Shown: positions 26,243-35,929, numbered from the stretch's first letter. The stretch: DNA of 64,000 bases from an uncultured bacterium (GCA_963736115.1 CAVTNR010000022.1:32001-96000); one strand, 5' to 3'. Numbers and translations: made by a program. Notes: generated by a model from the sequence alone, not told the origin.

Positions 26243-29200
26243 ATGAAATTCATCGCGGACTTCCACATCCATTCGCATTTCTCGCTCGCCACGAGCGGCC
26301 TGCTCAAGCCGGAGCATCTCGACCGGTGGGGCCGCATCAAGGGCATCCGGGTCATCGGAACCGGCGACTTCACCCACCCGGGCTGGGTGGCGGAATTGAA
26401 GGAAAAGCTGGATCCCGCGGAACCGGGTTTGTACAGACTCAAGCCGGCGCTCCGTCTGCCCGCATTTGGAGGCCCGACGGATGCGGACGACGGCGTCCGC
26501 TTCATGCTCACCGCAGAGATCAGCTGTATCTACAAGCGGTCGGGCCGCGTGCGCAAGGTGCACAATGTTGTCTTTGCGCCGGATTTCGAGAGCGCGGAGC
26601 GCATCCAAAGCCGGCTCAGGTCCATGGACTTCAATATCACCTCGGACGGACGGCCCATTCTCGGTTTCGATTCACGGGACCTGCTTGAACTCTGCCTGAA
26701 CGCCTCTCCGGACATCTTCTTCGTCCCGGCCCACATCTGGACGCCGTGGTTTTCCGCGCTCGGCGACAAGTCCGGATTCGATTCGATCCGCGAATGTTAC
26801 GCGGACCTGTCGGATCACATTCATGCCGTGGAAACCGGGCTCTCGTCCGATCCAGCGATGAACCGGCTGTGCAGTCAACTCGATCCGTACGCCCTCATCT
26901 CTAATTCAGACGCCCATTCGCCCGAGAAACTTGGACGCGAGGCGAACCGGTTCGATGCGGAACTCTCGTACCCCGCCATCATGGAAGCGCTGAAGCATCC
27001 GGACTCGGGCCGGTTTCTCGGAACAGTGGAATTCTTTCCCCAGGAAGGCAAATACCACCACGACGGACACCGCAAATGCGGCATTTCCTGGACGCCGGAT
27101 GAGACGGATCGGCATGCCGGGATCTGTCCCGTGTGCGGGAAACAAGTGACCGTCGGCGTTCTCAATCGTGTGCATCAGCTGGCGGACCGCAGCGGCCAGG
27201 AGGAGAAAATCGGACGGCCGACGTTCCGGTCCATCATTCCGCTCTGCGAAGTGCTGTCCGAGATCCGAGGCACAGGTCCGCACAGCAAGGCGGTGCAGGC
27301 TGATTACGCGGCCGTGGTCCGGAAACTCGGAAGCGAGCTGGACATTCTGCTCGAAGCGGAAGCAGAGGACATCCGGAATGCCGGGGGCGCATTGCTCGTC
27401 GAGGCGGTCAAGCGGATGCGGGATGGACGCGTGTCCGTTGAGGCGGGCTATGACGGGGAATACGGCCGTATTCGCGTATTCGGTCCGGAAGACAGACAGT
27501 CGCTCAGTCAGGAGAGTCTGTTCATCGGTGATTCCGAGCCAGTCGGACAACCGGTCCGGCGGGGGCGCATGAAAAAAAGCGAGGCCGCGGTCGGTGAAAA
27601 AGGATCGAACGGGTCCGGAAGAAAGGAGACGGGGAAGGACGCCGCAGGCGCCGGATTCATCCTTTCGGCACGGCCGAATACCCGTGCCCTTTCAGCGGAG
27701 GAGGGATCCGGCGGGACCGCAGGAGAGGGATCCGGGACGACCGGCCGAGTTCCGCTCAACGCGGAGCAGGAAGCGGCCGCGATTCACGACAGCGGGCCCG
27801 CGCTGGTTCTGGCCGGTCCCGGAACAGGCAAAACAGCCGTGCTGACCGGCCGGATTCTCCGCCTGATACAAGGTCGCGGCGTTCCGCCGGAACGCATTCT
27901 CGCCATCACCTTCACCAACAAGGCTGCTGAAGAGATACGCAGCCGTGTGTCCGCGGCCACCGGGGGGCCGGTAGAAGGGAAGCGGATGCCGTCCGTCCTG
28001 ACTTTCCATTCCTTCGGCCATGCTTTGCTCCGGGAGCGGCCGGACTGTTTCGGCCGGAACCGTGATTTCCGCATCGCGGATGAAGACGACACGCTCGATA
28101 TCCTCAGAACCTTATATCCGGAATCAAAAGACGTTCGTCGTTTCGCGAAAATGCTGAAACAGTCGGTGGGAAAAGCCGGACCGGAGACGGGAGTGACGGA
28201 CGCGGATGCTTCGGACGGGGAACAGCAGGCGCTGAGGGACCGTTACGAAGAAGCGCTCCGGTCCGAAAACCTGTTTGATTTCAGCGATCTGCTGACCCGG
28301 CCGTTGCGGCTGTTCCGGGAGGATGCGGAATGGGCCCGTTCCGTTGCCGGCCGGTACGATCACATCCTGGTGGACGAGTTCCAGGACGCGGACGAAGCGC
28401 AGTACGAGTGGATGAGGCTTCTGGCTGGGCGGGATTCCGGGGCGGGGTCGCCTCATCTCTGGGCGGTGGGAGACCCGGACCAGTCCATATACGGTTTCCG
28501 CGGCGCCAGCCCGGTTTTCATGACCCGGTTCACCGAGGATTTCCCGGGCGTCACGGTGTACCGTCTGACGCGCAGTTACCGGTGTCCGGATACGGTGCTG
28601 CGGGCATCGGGGATGGTTTTACTGAAAGCCGGTTCCGGGTTCCGAGTTCCGGGTTCCGTGTTGGAAGAGAGCGGTTCCGCGTTCCGCGTTCCGGGTTCCG
28701 GGTCGAAAAATGAAAATGATTCGGAAAATGATTCGGGGGGTGTGTCATGCCCGTTAAAACGGACCAAGCAATCCTATTTCTTGAATAGGGAAGGCCCGCA
28801 TTCCTTAAGCGGGCATCCAGGGGCGTGGGTAGAGAGGTCGAATCTCCGCGGAACGGACGAGAAGGTCAAGGTCCGCATTGCGGGAAACGTATCCGAGGCG
28901 TCCGAGGCGGAGTTCATCAGCCGCACCATTGAGGCGATGACGGGCGGCGTTCGGTTCTTTTCCATGGACAGCGGCATCACAACCGGAGCGGAGGAGGAAT
29001 CGCTTGGTTTTTCCGACTTCGCCGTGCTGTGCCGGATCAGCCGTCAGTTTCCGGCATTGGAAAAAGCATTTCGCGATCACGGCATTCCGTACCGCCGCTC
29101 GGACGCGGAGCCGTTCTACAGGCGGGAGCCCGCGAAAACAATCGTTAAGGCGCTTAAAAAATGTTCCGTGTTTCGGGTTCCGGGTTCCGGGTTAAAAGAA

Positions 29201-29962
29201 ACGGGTTCCGAGTTCCGAGTTCAGGGTTCCGGGTTGAAAAACGAAAATGATTCAGGGGGGGATGTCATTCCCGTTGAAACGGACCAAGCAATTCTATTTA
29301 TTGATCGTGGAAGGCCCGCGTTCTTGAAGCGGGAATCCAGGGAGGGGGGAGAGAGTTCAGAGGAAGAGAAGGCTTCCGAGTTCCGGGTCCCGAGTTCGGA
29401 GTTGAACGAAAAGGAATGGTCCGAGCTTGCGGCCGTCACGGGCAGGGTGCCTGTCCGCGACCTGATCCACAGGCTGATCTCCGTCCTCCCTCCGGTTTCG
29501 GATCCCGCGGACAGGCTCGATCTGGAACTGCTGGCGGAGCGGTCCGTCCCGTTCGGAACGGACTTGCCCGCTTTTCTGGCCGCGCTGGCCCTGGGATCAG
29601 GACCCGACTGGGTCCGTACCGGAGGCGATTCCGTATCGCTCTTCACCTTGCACGCGGCCAAGGGGCTGGAATTCCCGTGCGTCTTCATCGCGGGCGTGGA
29701 GGACGGCCTTCTGCCCTACACCCTGTCCGGTCAATCCTCCTGCGACCCGGAAGAGGAACGCCGTCTGCTTTACGTGGGCATGACGCGCGCCAAGAAGCAT
29801 CTGATCCTGTCCCACGCCGACCGGCGGGAGCTGTTCGGCCGCATGCGCAATCCCGCGAGAAGCCCGTTTCTCGATGACATCGAACAGACGCTTCTCAGCA
29901 CTGGAAAAGCGCAGGGAAAGAGGGGCCGAAAGCCCGGCCGGGACCAGTTGAATCTGTTTTAG
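26243..29962 (+). CDS. EndoQ-like PHP nuclease fused to a UvrD/PcrA SF1 helicase
   Basis: PHP part: DFHIHS, GTGDFTHP, PAHIWTPW, NSDAHS, HRKC..CPVC, GYDGEYG. Helicase part: AGPGTGKT, TFTNKAA, VDEFQD, GDPDQSIYGFRGA, TLHAAKGLEF, EERRLLYVGMTRAK. Confidence 0.92.
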   Translation: MKFIADFHIHSHFSLATSGLLKPEHLDRWGRIKGIRVIGTGDFTHPGWVAELKEKLDPAEPGLYRLKPALRLPAFGGPTDADDGVRFMLTAEISCIYKRSGRVRKVHNVVFAPDFESAERIQSRLRSMDFNITSDGRPILGFDSRDLLELCLNASPDIFFVPAHIWTPWFSALGDKSGFDSIRECYADLSDHIHAVETGLSSDPAMNRLCSQLDPYALISNSDAHSPEKLGREANRFDAELSYPAIMEALKHPDSGRFLGTVEFFPQEGKYHHDGHRKCGISWTPDETDRHAGICPVCGKQVTVGVLNRVHQLADRSGQEEKIGRPTFRSIIPLCEVLSEIRGTGPHSKAVQADYAAVVRKLGSELDILLEAEAEDIRNAGGALLVEAVKRMRDGRVSVEAGYDGEYGRIRVFGPEDRQSLSQESLFIGDSEPVGQPVRRGRMKKSEAAVGEKGSNGSGRKETGKDAAGAGFILSARPNTRALSAEEGSGGTAGEGSGTTGRVPLNAEQEAAAIHDSGPALVLAGPGTGKTAVLTGRILRLIQGRGVPPERILAITFTNKAAEEIRSRVSAATGGPVEGKRMPSVLTFHSFGHALLRERPDCFGRNRDFRIADEDDTLDILRTLYPESKDVRRFAKMLKQSVGKAGPETGVTDADASDGEQQALRDRYEEALRSENLFDFSDLLTRPLRLFREDAEWARSVAGRYDHILVDEFQDADEAQYEWMRLLAGRDSGAGSPHLWAVGDPDQSIYGFRGASPVFMTRFTEDFPGVTVYRLTRSYRCPDTVLRASGMVLLKAGSGFRVPGSVLEESGSAFRVPGSGSKNENDSENDSGGVSCPLKRTKQSYFLNREGPHSLSGHPGAWVERSNLRGTDEKVKVRIAGNVSEASEAEFISRTIEAMTGGVRFFSMDSGITTGAEEESLGFSDFAVLCRISRQFPALEKAFRDHGIPYRRSDAEPFYRREPAKTIVKALKKCSVFRVPGSGLKETGSEFRVQGSGLKNENDSGGDVIPVETDQAILFIDRGRPAFLKRESREGGESSEEEKASEFRVPSSELNEKEWSELAAVTGRVPVRDLIHRLISVLPPVSDPADRLDLELLAERSVPFGTDLPAFLAALALGSGPDWVRTGGDSVSLFTLHAAKGLEFPCVFIAGVEDGLLPYTLSGQSSCDPEEERRLLYVGMTRAKKHLILSHADRRELFGRMRNPARSPFLDDIEQTLLSTGKAQGKRGRKPGRDQLNLF
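28631..28837 (+). repeat. In-frame repeat-derived insert 1 in the UvrD domain
   Basis: Two RGTTCCG arrays, then GAAAATGATTC, then TGTCATGCCCG...CGGGCATCCAG. Confidence 0.85.
29162..29403 (+). repeat. In-frame repeat-derived insert 2 in the UvrD domain
   Basis: Homologous to insert 1 (TGTCATTCCCG...CGGGAATCCAG) with a third heptamer array at about 29373-29403. Confidence 0.85.
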
Positions 29963-29977
29963 CGGATCGTCCGTTCC

Positions 29978-30472
29978 ATGGAAATCAATCCATCCGAAAA
30001 GAAACTTTTTCGTGAAATCGTCCGTTTCGAATGCCGGGGCTGCGGCGCCTGCTGCAAGGTCCACGGGAAGTATGCTTACGTCTACCTGACCACGGCGGAC
30101 CGTAGGCGTCTCGCCCGCCATCTGGGCCTGAGCGTGCGCGAACTGATCAGAACCGTCTGTGTCCGGATCGACGGCCACTATTATATAGGCGAATCGAAGC
30201 GGAAATGCCGTTTTCTGGAAGGGAACCGGTGTTCGATCTATCCCGGCCGGCCGCATCAGTGCCGGTCATGGCCTTTCTGGCCGGACAACCTGGATGGGGA
30301 AGCGTGGATGAAAAATGTCCGGTCCGTGTGCCCGGGCGCAGGTCCGGTATTGGCTTCACGCTCCGCGGCTGCGGGACCGGAACAGAATGTCCCGGGAACG
30401 ACCGGATCCATCCGAACAAACGCATGCCGGAATCGCGACTTTTCCCTTGGAAAGAGCCGCGGCGATGCTTAA
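29978..30472 (+). CDS. YkgJ-family CxxCxxCC Fe-S/Zn cluster protein
   Basis: FECRGCGACC...CRFL...CSIYPGRPHQCRSWPFW...CPG. Confidence 0.9.
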   Translation: MEINPSEKKLFREIVRFECRGCGACCKVHGKYAYVYLTTADRRRLARHLGLSVRELIRTVCVRIDGHYYIGESKRKCRFLEGNRCSIYPGRPHQCRSWPFWPDNLDGEAWMKNVRSVCPGAGPVLASRSAAAGPEQNVPGTTGSIRTNACRNRDFSLGKSRGDA

Positions 30473-30511
30473 ATTATTGCTCGAAACGACCACACAGAAG
30501 GGAGTGAACAG

Positions 30512-30886
30512 ATGACAACCATTTGGGATGATCTGAAGAAATCCGTCAAGGACGGATTGTCCGTAGCCGCGGCCAAAACCGAGGAATACACAAAAATCGG
30601 CAAGGCCAAGCTGGACCTGATGAACCTGAACAAGAGCCTGAACGCCGCTTATCACGACCTGGGTGTCACCGTATTTGAGCAGGCGTCCGAATCATCGAAA
30701 AAGACCGCTCCCCAGGATCCCAAAGTCAAGGATCATGTCGGCCGGATTGAAAAGTTCCTGCAGGACATCCAGGACAAGGAGAAGGAGATCGAGGAGATCC
30801 GCAGGGTTTCCGCCGCGTCCGTGAAATCCGGGGGCGAGGCCGGGCATACTGCTGAACCGGGCGCGGATGACAATCCAAAGGTTTGA
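30512..30886 (+). CDS. Hypothetical coiled-coil protein
   Basis: SD AGGGAG; helical charged sequence W.DLKK.VKDG...K.KL...Y..LG. Confidence 0.75.
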   Translation: MTTIWDDLKKSVKDGLSVAAAKTEEYTKIGKAKLDLMNLNKSLNAAYHDLGVTVFEQASESSKKTAPQDPKVKDHVGRIEKFLQDIQDKEKEIEEIRRVSAASVKSGGEAGHTAEPGADDNPKV

Positions 30887-30974
30887 GGATCAGACAGACG
30901 CCGGCCGGCCGCGTTCCGGCGTCCACGGTTTCAGCGATCCGGCTCCGTCCTCTTCCGACGGGTTGGAAATAAAG

Positions 30975-32108
30975 ATGGACTTCACGGGCAGGGCGGACCT
31001 CCGGAAACGGTCGGCCGTTTTCCTCTTTCTCGCGTTTTCCGCCGCATGGGCAGGATCGTGCGGCAGGGAAGACGTTCCGCCCCCGGGTTCCGCCGACTCC
31101 GTCCATACGGCGGCCGCGGTGCCGGCGCGGAAAATGTCCGTGACCGTGGCAGCGGTCGGGGACGTCATGCTGGCCGGATCCGCGATTCCGGTGGTCAGCC
31201 GGTTTGGACCCGATTATCCGTTCGATTCCACGAGGACTTTGCTGCTGTCCGCTGACTTCGCGATCGGCAACCTCGAGGCGCCTTTCGGCACCAGCGGCAA
31301 ACCTTTCCAGAAGACTTACACGTTCCGTGCACCGCCCGGCTTCGCGGGCGGCCTGCGCAACGCCGGATTCAACGTCCTCAACCTGGCCAACAACCATATT
31401 CTCGATTACGGCGTGCAGCCGTTCCGGCAGACGCTTGAGATTCTCGACAGTCTGGGCATTGCGGCCTGCGGCGCGGGCATGAACCGTCATGCGGCGGAGG
31501 CGGGCGCGATCGTCGTCCGGGGCGGGTGGAAGGCTGCGTTTCTCGGATTCTCCCTGACCTATCCGGACGCCTTTTGGGCCACGGCTTCCAGGCCCGGCAC
31601 GGCCTTCGCCGTGAAGGAACGGATCGCGGCACGCATCGACTCCCTGCGGCCGGCCGCCGATCTCGTGATCGTCTCCTTTCACTGGGGCAAGGAACTGCAC
31701 GGCATGCCCCAGCCCTATCAGCGCGAGTTCGCGCGCGCCGCGATCGACGCCGGAGCGGACTTCGTCATCGGGCATCATCCGCATGTGCTTCAGGGTTTCG
31801 AACTCTACAGGGGAAAGCCGATCGCCTACAGTCTCGGTAATTTCGCCTTCGGGTCGAAAAGCGTCTCCTGCCGCGAAGGCGCTCTTTTCATCGCGTCCTT
31901 CGATTCCTCCGGATTCGCGGGCGGACGGGTCATCCCGCTCCGCGTGGACTATCAGAAGGTGCAGTATCAGCCGCGTCCGATGACGGGCGCGCCCGCGGAC
32001 CGGCTGATCGCTGAACTCAACCGGCTCTCCGAAAAACTCAACGGCGGCGCGAAGCCGCTTCTGCCCGGAGGCGAAATGCCGCCGGCGCCGGCCGTCCCGG
32101 TCCGCTGA
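30975..32108 (+). CDS. CapA/PgsA-family metallophosphoesterase (probable lipoprotein)
   Basis: AVGDVML, GNLEAP, LANNHILDYG, FHWG.E, IGHHPHVLQG, YSLGNF. Confidence 0.92.
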   Translation: MDFTGRADLRKRSAVFLFLAFSAAWAGSCGREDVPPPGSADSVHTAAAVPARKMSVTVAAVGDVMLAGSAIPVVSRFGPDYPFDSTRTLLLSADFAIGNLEAPFGTSGKPFQKTYTFRAPPGFAGGLRNAGFNVLNLANNHILDYGVQPFRQTLEILDSLGIAACGAGMNRHAAEAGAIVVRGGWKAAFLGFSLTYPDAFWATASRPGTAFAVKERIAARIDSLRPAADLVIVSFHWGKELHGMPQPYQREFARAAIDAGADFVIGHHPHVLQGFELYRGKPIAYSLGNFAFGSKSVSCREGALFIASFDSSGFAGGRVIPLRVDYQKVQYQPRPMTGAPADRLIAELNRLSEKLNGGAKPLLPGGEMPPAPAVPVR

Positions 32109-32123
32109 GTCCCGCGGCCATTC

Positions 32124-32786
32124 ATGGAATCCCCCGGAGTCACACCGCTTTTCACCCTCTTCGCCGCAAGTTTCGCAATCGCCTTTTCCGGCGCACTCAT
32201 GCCTGGACCGCTTCTGACCGCCACCATCGCGGCAAGCGCGCGCCGCGGCCCGTCGGCCGGCCCTCTGATCATCGCAGGCCATGCGGTTCTCGAGTCCGGC
32301 CTGTTGGTCGCGCTCATGCTGGGGCTTTCTCCGATTCTCGCCAAAGACGGGGTTTTCGTCGGCATCTCCTTTCTGGGAGGCGCTGTTCTGGCCTGGATGG
32401 CAGGCGGTATGTTCCGATCGCTTTCCTCCCTGACCGTGCCTCGAGCCCAGCAGAAAGGCGGCGGCAACCGGCTCGTGTGGACGGGTGTGGCCATGAGCCT
32501 CTCGAATCCCTACTGGATCATCTGGTGGGCGACGATCGGACTGGGCGCCATTCTTCAGGCGCGGCGTTTCGGCGTCCCGGGTGTGGCGGCTTTCTTCTCG
32601 GGCCATATTCTCGCGGATCTCGGATGGTACAGCCTGGTGTCTTTCGCGGTTGGGAAGGGCAAGCGGTTTTTCTCGGACCGGATTTACCGCAGGCTGGTCG
32701 CGGTGCTGGCCGCTCTGATGCTGGTGTTCGCCGCGGCTTTCCTGTTCGCCGGAGCGGGAAGGCTGAGGGAGATGATCCAACACTGA
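32124..32786 (+). CDS. LysE-family translocator
   Basis: SGALMPGPL, GHAVLE, SLSNPYWIIWW, GHILAD. Confidence 0.88.
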   Translation: MESPGVTPLFTLFAASFAIAFSGALMPGPLLTATIAASARRGPSAGPLIIAGHAVLESGLLVALMLGLSPILAKDGVFVGISFLGGAVLAWMAGGMFRSLSSLTVPRAQQKGGGNRLVWTGVAMSLSNPYWIIWWATIGLGAILQARRFGVPGVAAFFSGHILADLGWYSLVSFAVGKGKRFFSDRIYRRLVAVLAALMLVFAAAFLFAGAGRLREMIQH

Positions 32787-32890
32787 CGGAAGAAAAGAAT
32801 AGAACGCGGACGCCTTCGGCGCGCGGATGTGGCGGATGGACGCGGATAAAGTGGGAGGGATGAGGTAATTCGTTGATACCGTTTTGGAAT

Positions 32891-32916
32891 GCGGCCGCAT
32901 GAGGCCGCTTTTTTTT
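32891..32916 (+). terminator. Intrinsic terminator
   Basis: GCGGCC-gcatga-GGCCGC followed by a T-run. Confidence 0.65.
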
Positions 32917-32921
32917 ATCCC

Positions 32922-33023
32922 GGCAGCCGCACACTTCAGGGTGCGTTTGAAACTGAAATAGTGGAACACGTATAACCGCGGATGGAGACAGTAACCCGGT
33001 AGCCGCACCCTTCAGGGCGCGCT
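32922..33023 (+). repeat. Two GTAG-type REP-like palindromes
   Basis: GCAGCCGCACACTTCAGGGTGCG at 32922 and GTAGCCGCACCCTTCAGGGCGCG at 32999. Confidence 0.55.
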
Positions 33024-33249
33024 TGGAAAGATGAGGATTGAACCCAGCTATCCCCGGATGAAACCCAAAAGGGAAGAATCCGGAAAGCGATCTTTTTTTT
33101 CTAAAAACATGAAACCCGCAATCCTTTCACCTTATGCATGACCCCCTCTGGCCTGACCTTTGCCCTCAATTCTTTGCTGACTCCGCACCACACAAATATT
33201 GAATTAAACGCTGCTGAGTATTTCAAAATCAACATCTAAGAGGTGCAGC

Positions 33250-35880
33250 ATGAAAAGGCGGTCCATGCTTTTAGGGGGGATTCTGGTCGCAACCTTAATT
33301 CCGGCAATTCTTTCGGCCGGGCTGTGTGAGAGGCCCAGGTCCAACCTCAGGCATCACCGCAAGGCCGAAAAGCGGGAATCTCGCATGGTCGTTCAGTCGA
33401 GACGCCCGGATGACGTTTTTCCCATAAAATCAAGGCCTTCGGGCCTGCTGAAACCCGGCCGGCCTTCCGACCTCTCCGAAATCTCCAGATTGCCGGTTCT
33501 CGACGATTTCTTCGTGTATTCCTCGGGTTTTCCCGTGATCACGGCATCCGGCGAAATCATGATCGTCTTCACTTCAGACTGGACCTATCAAATCCGGTAT
33601 AGTAAAAGCCCGGACGGCGGCCTGACCTGGGATGATCCGGTGGACATCACGGAATCCGACTCCCCTGAGCAGATCAGCGGTATCCGAACCGTGGAGGGTC
33701 GCATCATCGCGGTGTGGCGGCAGTGGGCGGACGGCACGCAGATCATGCGGATCCACTCGGACGACGAGGGCTTGACCTGGTCCGACCCGGCCATGATCGA
33801 GGATTCGGGCATGCTGTTCCACCCGACGGTCACGCAGTCAGCGGACGGCAGGCTGTGGCTTTTCTTCAGCCGCACCTGGGACTGGGATTCCTTCGAAACC
33901 CTGTACCGGATCAGCGAGGACGGCGGAGACACCTGGGGCCCCGAAGCCGTGCTCCCGACCAGCGGCTGGTGGGCCTCTGAAGTGTCGCTCGCGTCCGAAC
34001 CCGGAATGCCGGTCATCGCCCTGTATGATGAAGCCGACTGGGAGACCAGCGGCATCTGGGGGAGGGCTCTGCTGGCCAGCGGGGAATGGACCGACCCGCC
34101 GGTGCTGATCACGGACCCGTCTGCGTACGCCACGCACCCCCGCACGTTCATGAACGGGGACGGTTCGCAGACTTTAATCTACACGCGGCAGACACGGCAG
34201 CTGTGGCAGTATTCCTTCGACTACGCCCAAAGCACGGTTGAAATCATGCGTTATTCGCCGGAGACGCTGGCGTGGGGCGCCCCGGAGCCGTTCACGGCCT
34301 ACGCGGGACGGGACGAGCTCTCCAACGTGTGCATGAGGGAGGGCGGGCCCTTCATCGTGTTCGCATCGGACCGTTGGGGCGCGTACTCCCAGCTCTATTA
34401 CGGCCAGGCCGGGCAGAGCGAGGACGTGAACCCTCCGCCCGCTTTCGCCGGAGCGACGGTCGCCCCGCCGCGCGCGGGCCGTCCGGTCACGCTCCTGGCC
34501 TGGGTATTCGACGAATCAGCGGTGTCCGAAGTGACCTTCACCGTGGAGCATGAAGACGGATCGGTCGAGGGCCCGTTTTCCATGCACGACGACGGAGCGC
34601 ACGGCGACAGCCTTGCGGGAGACGGTATCTGGGGCGCGGCCGCGGGGCCGTTCGAGCCCGGCCGGCTCGTGGGTTTCAGCTTCTCTGTGCGGGACGACGG
34701 CGGCAACGAGGTCGAGTCGCGAAGCTGGACGTTCAATCCGCCGGCCGTGCACGACGCGGGCAATGTGGTTTTGCGCGTCTCGGAAGACGGGTCGATCGCG
34801 GGCCCGGAGCTGGAAGAACTGGGCGGGTTCTGGCCACAGAAGGGGGGCCAGGGCTACTTGTACTTAGGCGGGTTCTGGGCAGGCGCGGATATCGGCGGCG
34901 AAAAGCGGGTTTCAAGCGTGGACTGGAATTCCGGGGACTGGCGCCGTGTGGAGGGAACGCCGTTCACCCTTGGGCCGGGCGTATCGGATCAGGACGTGAC
35001 CATCACGTACGCGGACTCGTCCGATTGGAATGAGAACCCCATCGGGCTTGCGGTGCGCCAGACGTCGCTTCAATGGTCAGGGCCTTCGAGAGACGATTTC
35101 GTCATTTTCAATTATTCCGTCCGGAACACGGCCGAAAGTGGAGACCTGGACAGCCTGTTCGCGGGCATGTGGCTCGACCCGGACGTGCCGTGGTACGACT
35201 GGGAAAACAACCTTCCCGCGTACGACGCGTCGCGGGGCCTGCTGATTCTGCGCAATGCGACGGAAGGGACCGCGGGCTGGTTCGGATGCCGCCTGCTTGG
35301 GCCGGCGAAGGCCCCGTTTTCGGTGCGCGCCCTGGGGGAATCGGACCCGGGATTCGAAGCGGAAAGCGACGATTCCAGGTACGGTCTGCTGGCCGGCGGC
35401 GCGGTCAGCGTAGCCGGGGACACATCCGATTATCAGCTGCTCTTGTCCGCTCCGCCATTTTCCCTGGCTTCGGGCGATTCGTTCTTCGTGTCGTTCGGAA
35501 TCGTTCTGGGAAGCGGGCTCGATGAGCTGCAGGCAAACGCGGACACCATGCTCGCCGTGTACCAGCGCCTCCGTCAGCCGTCGGCCGTGGATTGTTCTCC
35601 CGGCGGTCTGACGCCTTTCTCTTTCGCATTGGATCAGAACCATCCGAACCCCTTCAACCCCTCGACGTTCGTCGGCTTCCGCCTGCCGGTTTCAGGTCAG
35701 GTGATGGTGAAGGTATACGACATGATGGGACGGGAGGTGGCCGTGCTCGCGGACCGGTCCATGCCGGCCGGCTCGCACCGTCTGGAATGGAACGCTTCCG
35801 GGTTCGGGAGCGGCGTGTACTTCTGCCGCATTCAGGCCGGTGAGTTCACGGCTGTGAGGAAAATGGTGTTGATGAAGTGA
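33250..35880 (+). CDS. Secreted BNR/Asp-box (sialidase-like) propeller protein with C-terminal sorting domain
   Basis: Asp boxes SPDGGLTW, SDDEGLTW, SEDGGDTW; MHDDGAHGD..AGDGIW motif; QNHPNPFNP...RKMVLMK C-terminal domain. Confidence 0.85.
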   Translation: MKRRSMLLGGILVATLIPAILSAGLCERPRSNLRHHRKAEKRESRMVVQSRRPDDVFPIKSRPSGLLKPGRPSDLSEISRLPVLDDFFVYSSGFPVITASGEIMIVFTSDWTYQIRYSKSPDGGLTWDDPVDITESDSPEQISGIRTVEGRIIAVWRQWADGTQIMRIHSDDEGLTWSDPAMIEDSGMLFHPTVTQSADGRLWLFFSRTWDWDSFETLYRISEDGGDTWGPEAVLPTSGWWASEVSLASEPGMPVIALYDEADWETSGIWGRALLASGEWTDPPVLITDPSAYATHPRTFMNGDGSQTLIYTRQTRQLWQYSFDYAQSTVEIMRYSPETLAWGAPEPFTAYAGRDELSNVCMREGGPFIVFASDRWGAYSQLYYGQAGQSEDVNPPPAFAGATVAPPRAGRPVTLLAWVFDESAVSEVTFTVEHEDGSVEGPFSMHDDGAHGDSLAGDGIWGAAAGPFEPGRLVGFSFSVRDDGGNEVESRSWTFNPPAVHDAGNVVLRVSEDGSIAGPELEELGGFWPQKGGQGYLYLGGFWAGADIGGEKRVSSVDWNSGDWRRVEGTPFTLGPGVSDQDVTITYADSSDWNENPIGLAVRQTSLQWSGPSRDDFVIFNYSVRNTAESGDLDSLFAGMWLDPDVPWYDWENNLPAYDASRGLLILRNATEGTAGWFGCRLLGPAKAPFSVRALGESDPGFEAESDDSRYGLLAGGAVSVAGDTSDYQLLLSAPPFSLASGDSFFVSFGIVLGSGLDELQANADTMLAVYQRLRQPSAVDCSPGGLTPFSFALDQNHPNPFNPSTFVGFRLPVSGQVMVKVYDMMGREVAVLADRSMPAGSHRLEWNASGFGSGVYFCRIQAGEFTAVRKMVLMK

Positions 35881-35886
35881 GCTTGC

Positions 35887-35929
35887 ACATGCGACGCGCC
35901 TTCAGAGTGATTGGAAGGTGCGTCGCACG
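35887..35929. repeat. TGCGACGC-type palindrome (related copies at 36866-36908 and, degenerate, 43103-43130)
   Basis: ATGCGACGCGCCTTC...GAAGGTGCGTCGCA. Confidence 0.7.

Noticed and set aside
27701-27735. GAGGGATCCGG direct repeat in the PHP-UvrD linker
   Set aside because: A short local duplication in a low-complexity linker, unrelated to the other repeat families.
28631-29403. Inteins in the UvrD domain
   Set aside because: The inserts are only about 70-80 aa, lack the C-terminal His-Asn and splicing blocks, and the homologous DNA is read in different frames.
35887-35929. TGCGACGC palindromes as integron attC sites
   Set aside because: No RYYYAAC/GTTRRRY core ends and no integrase in the window.
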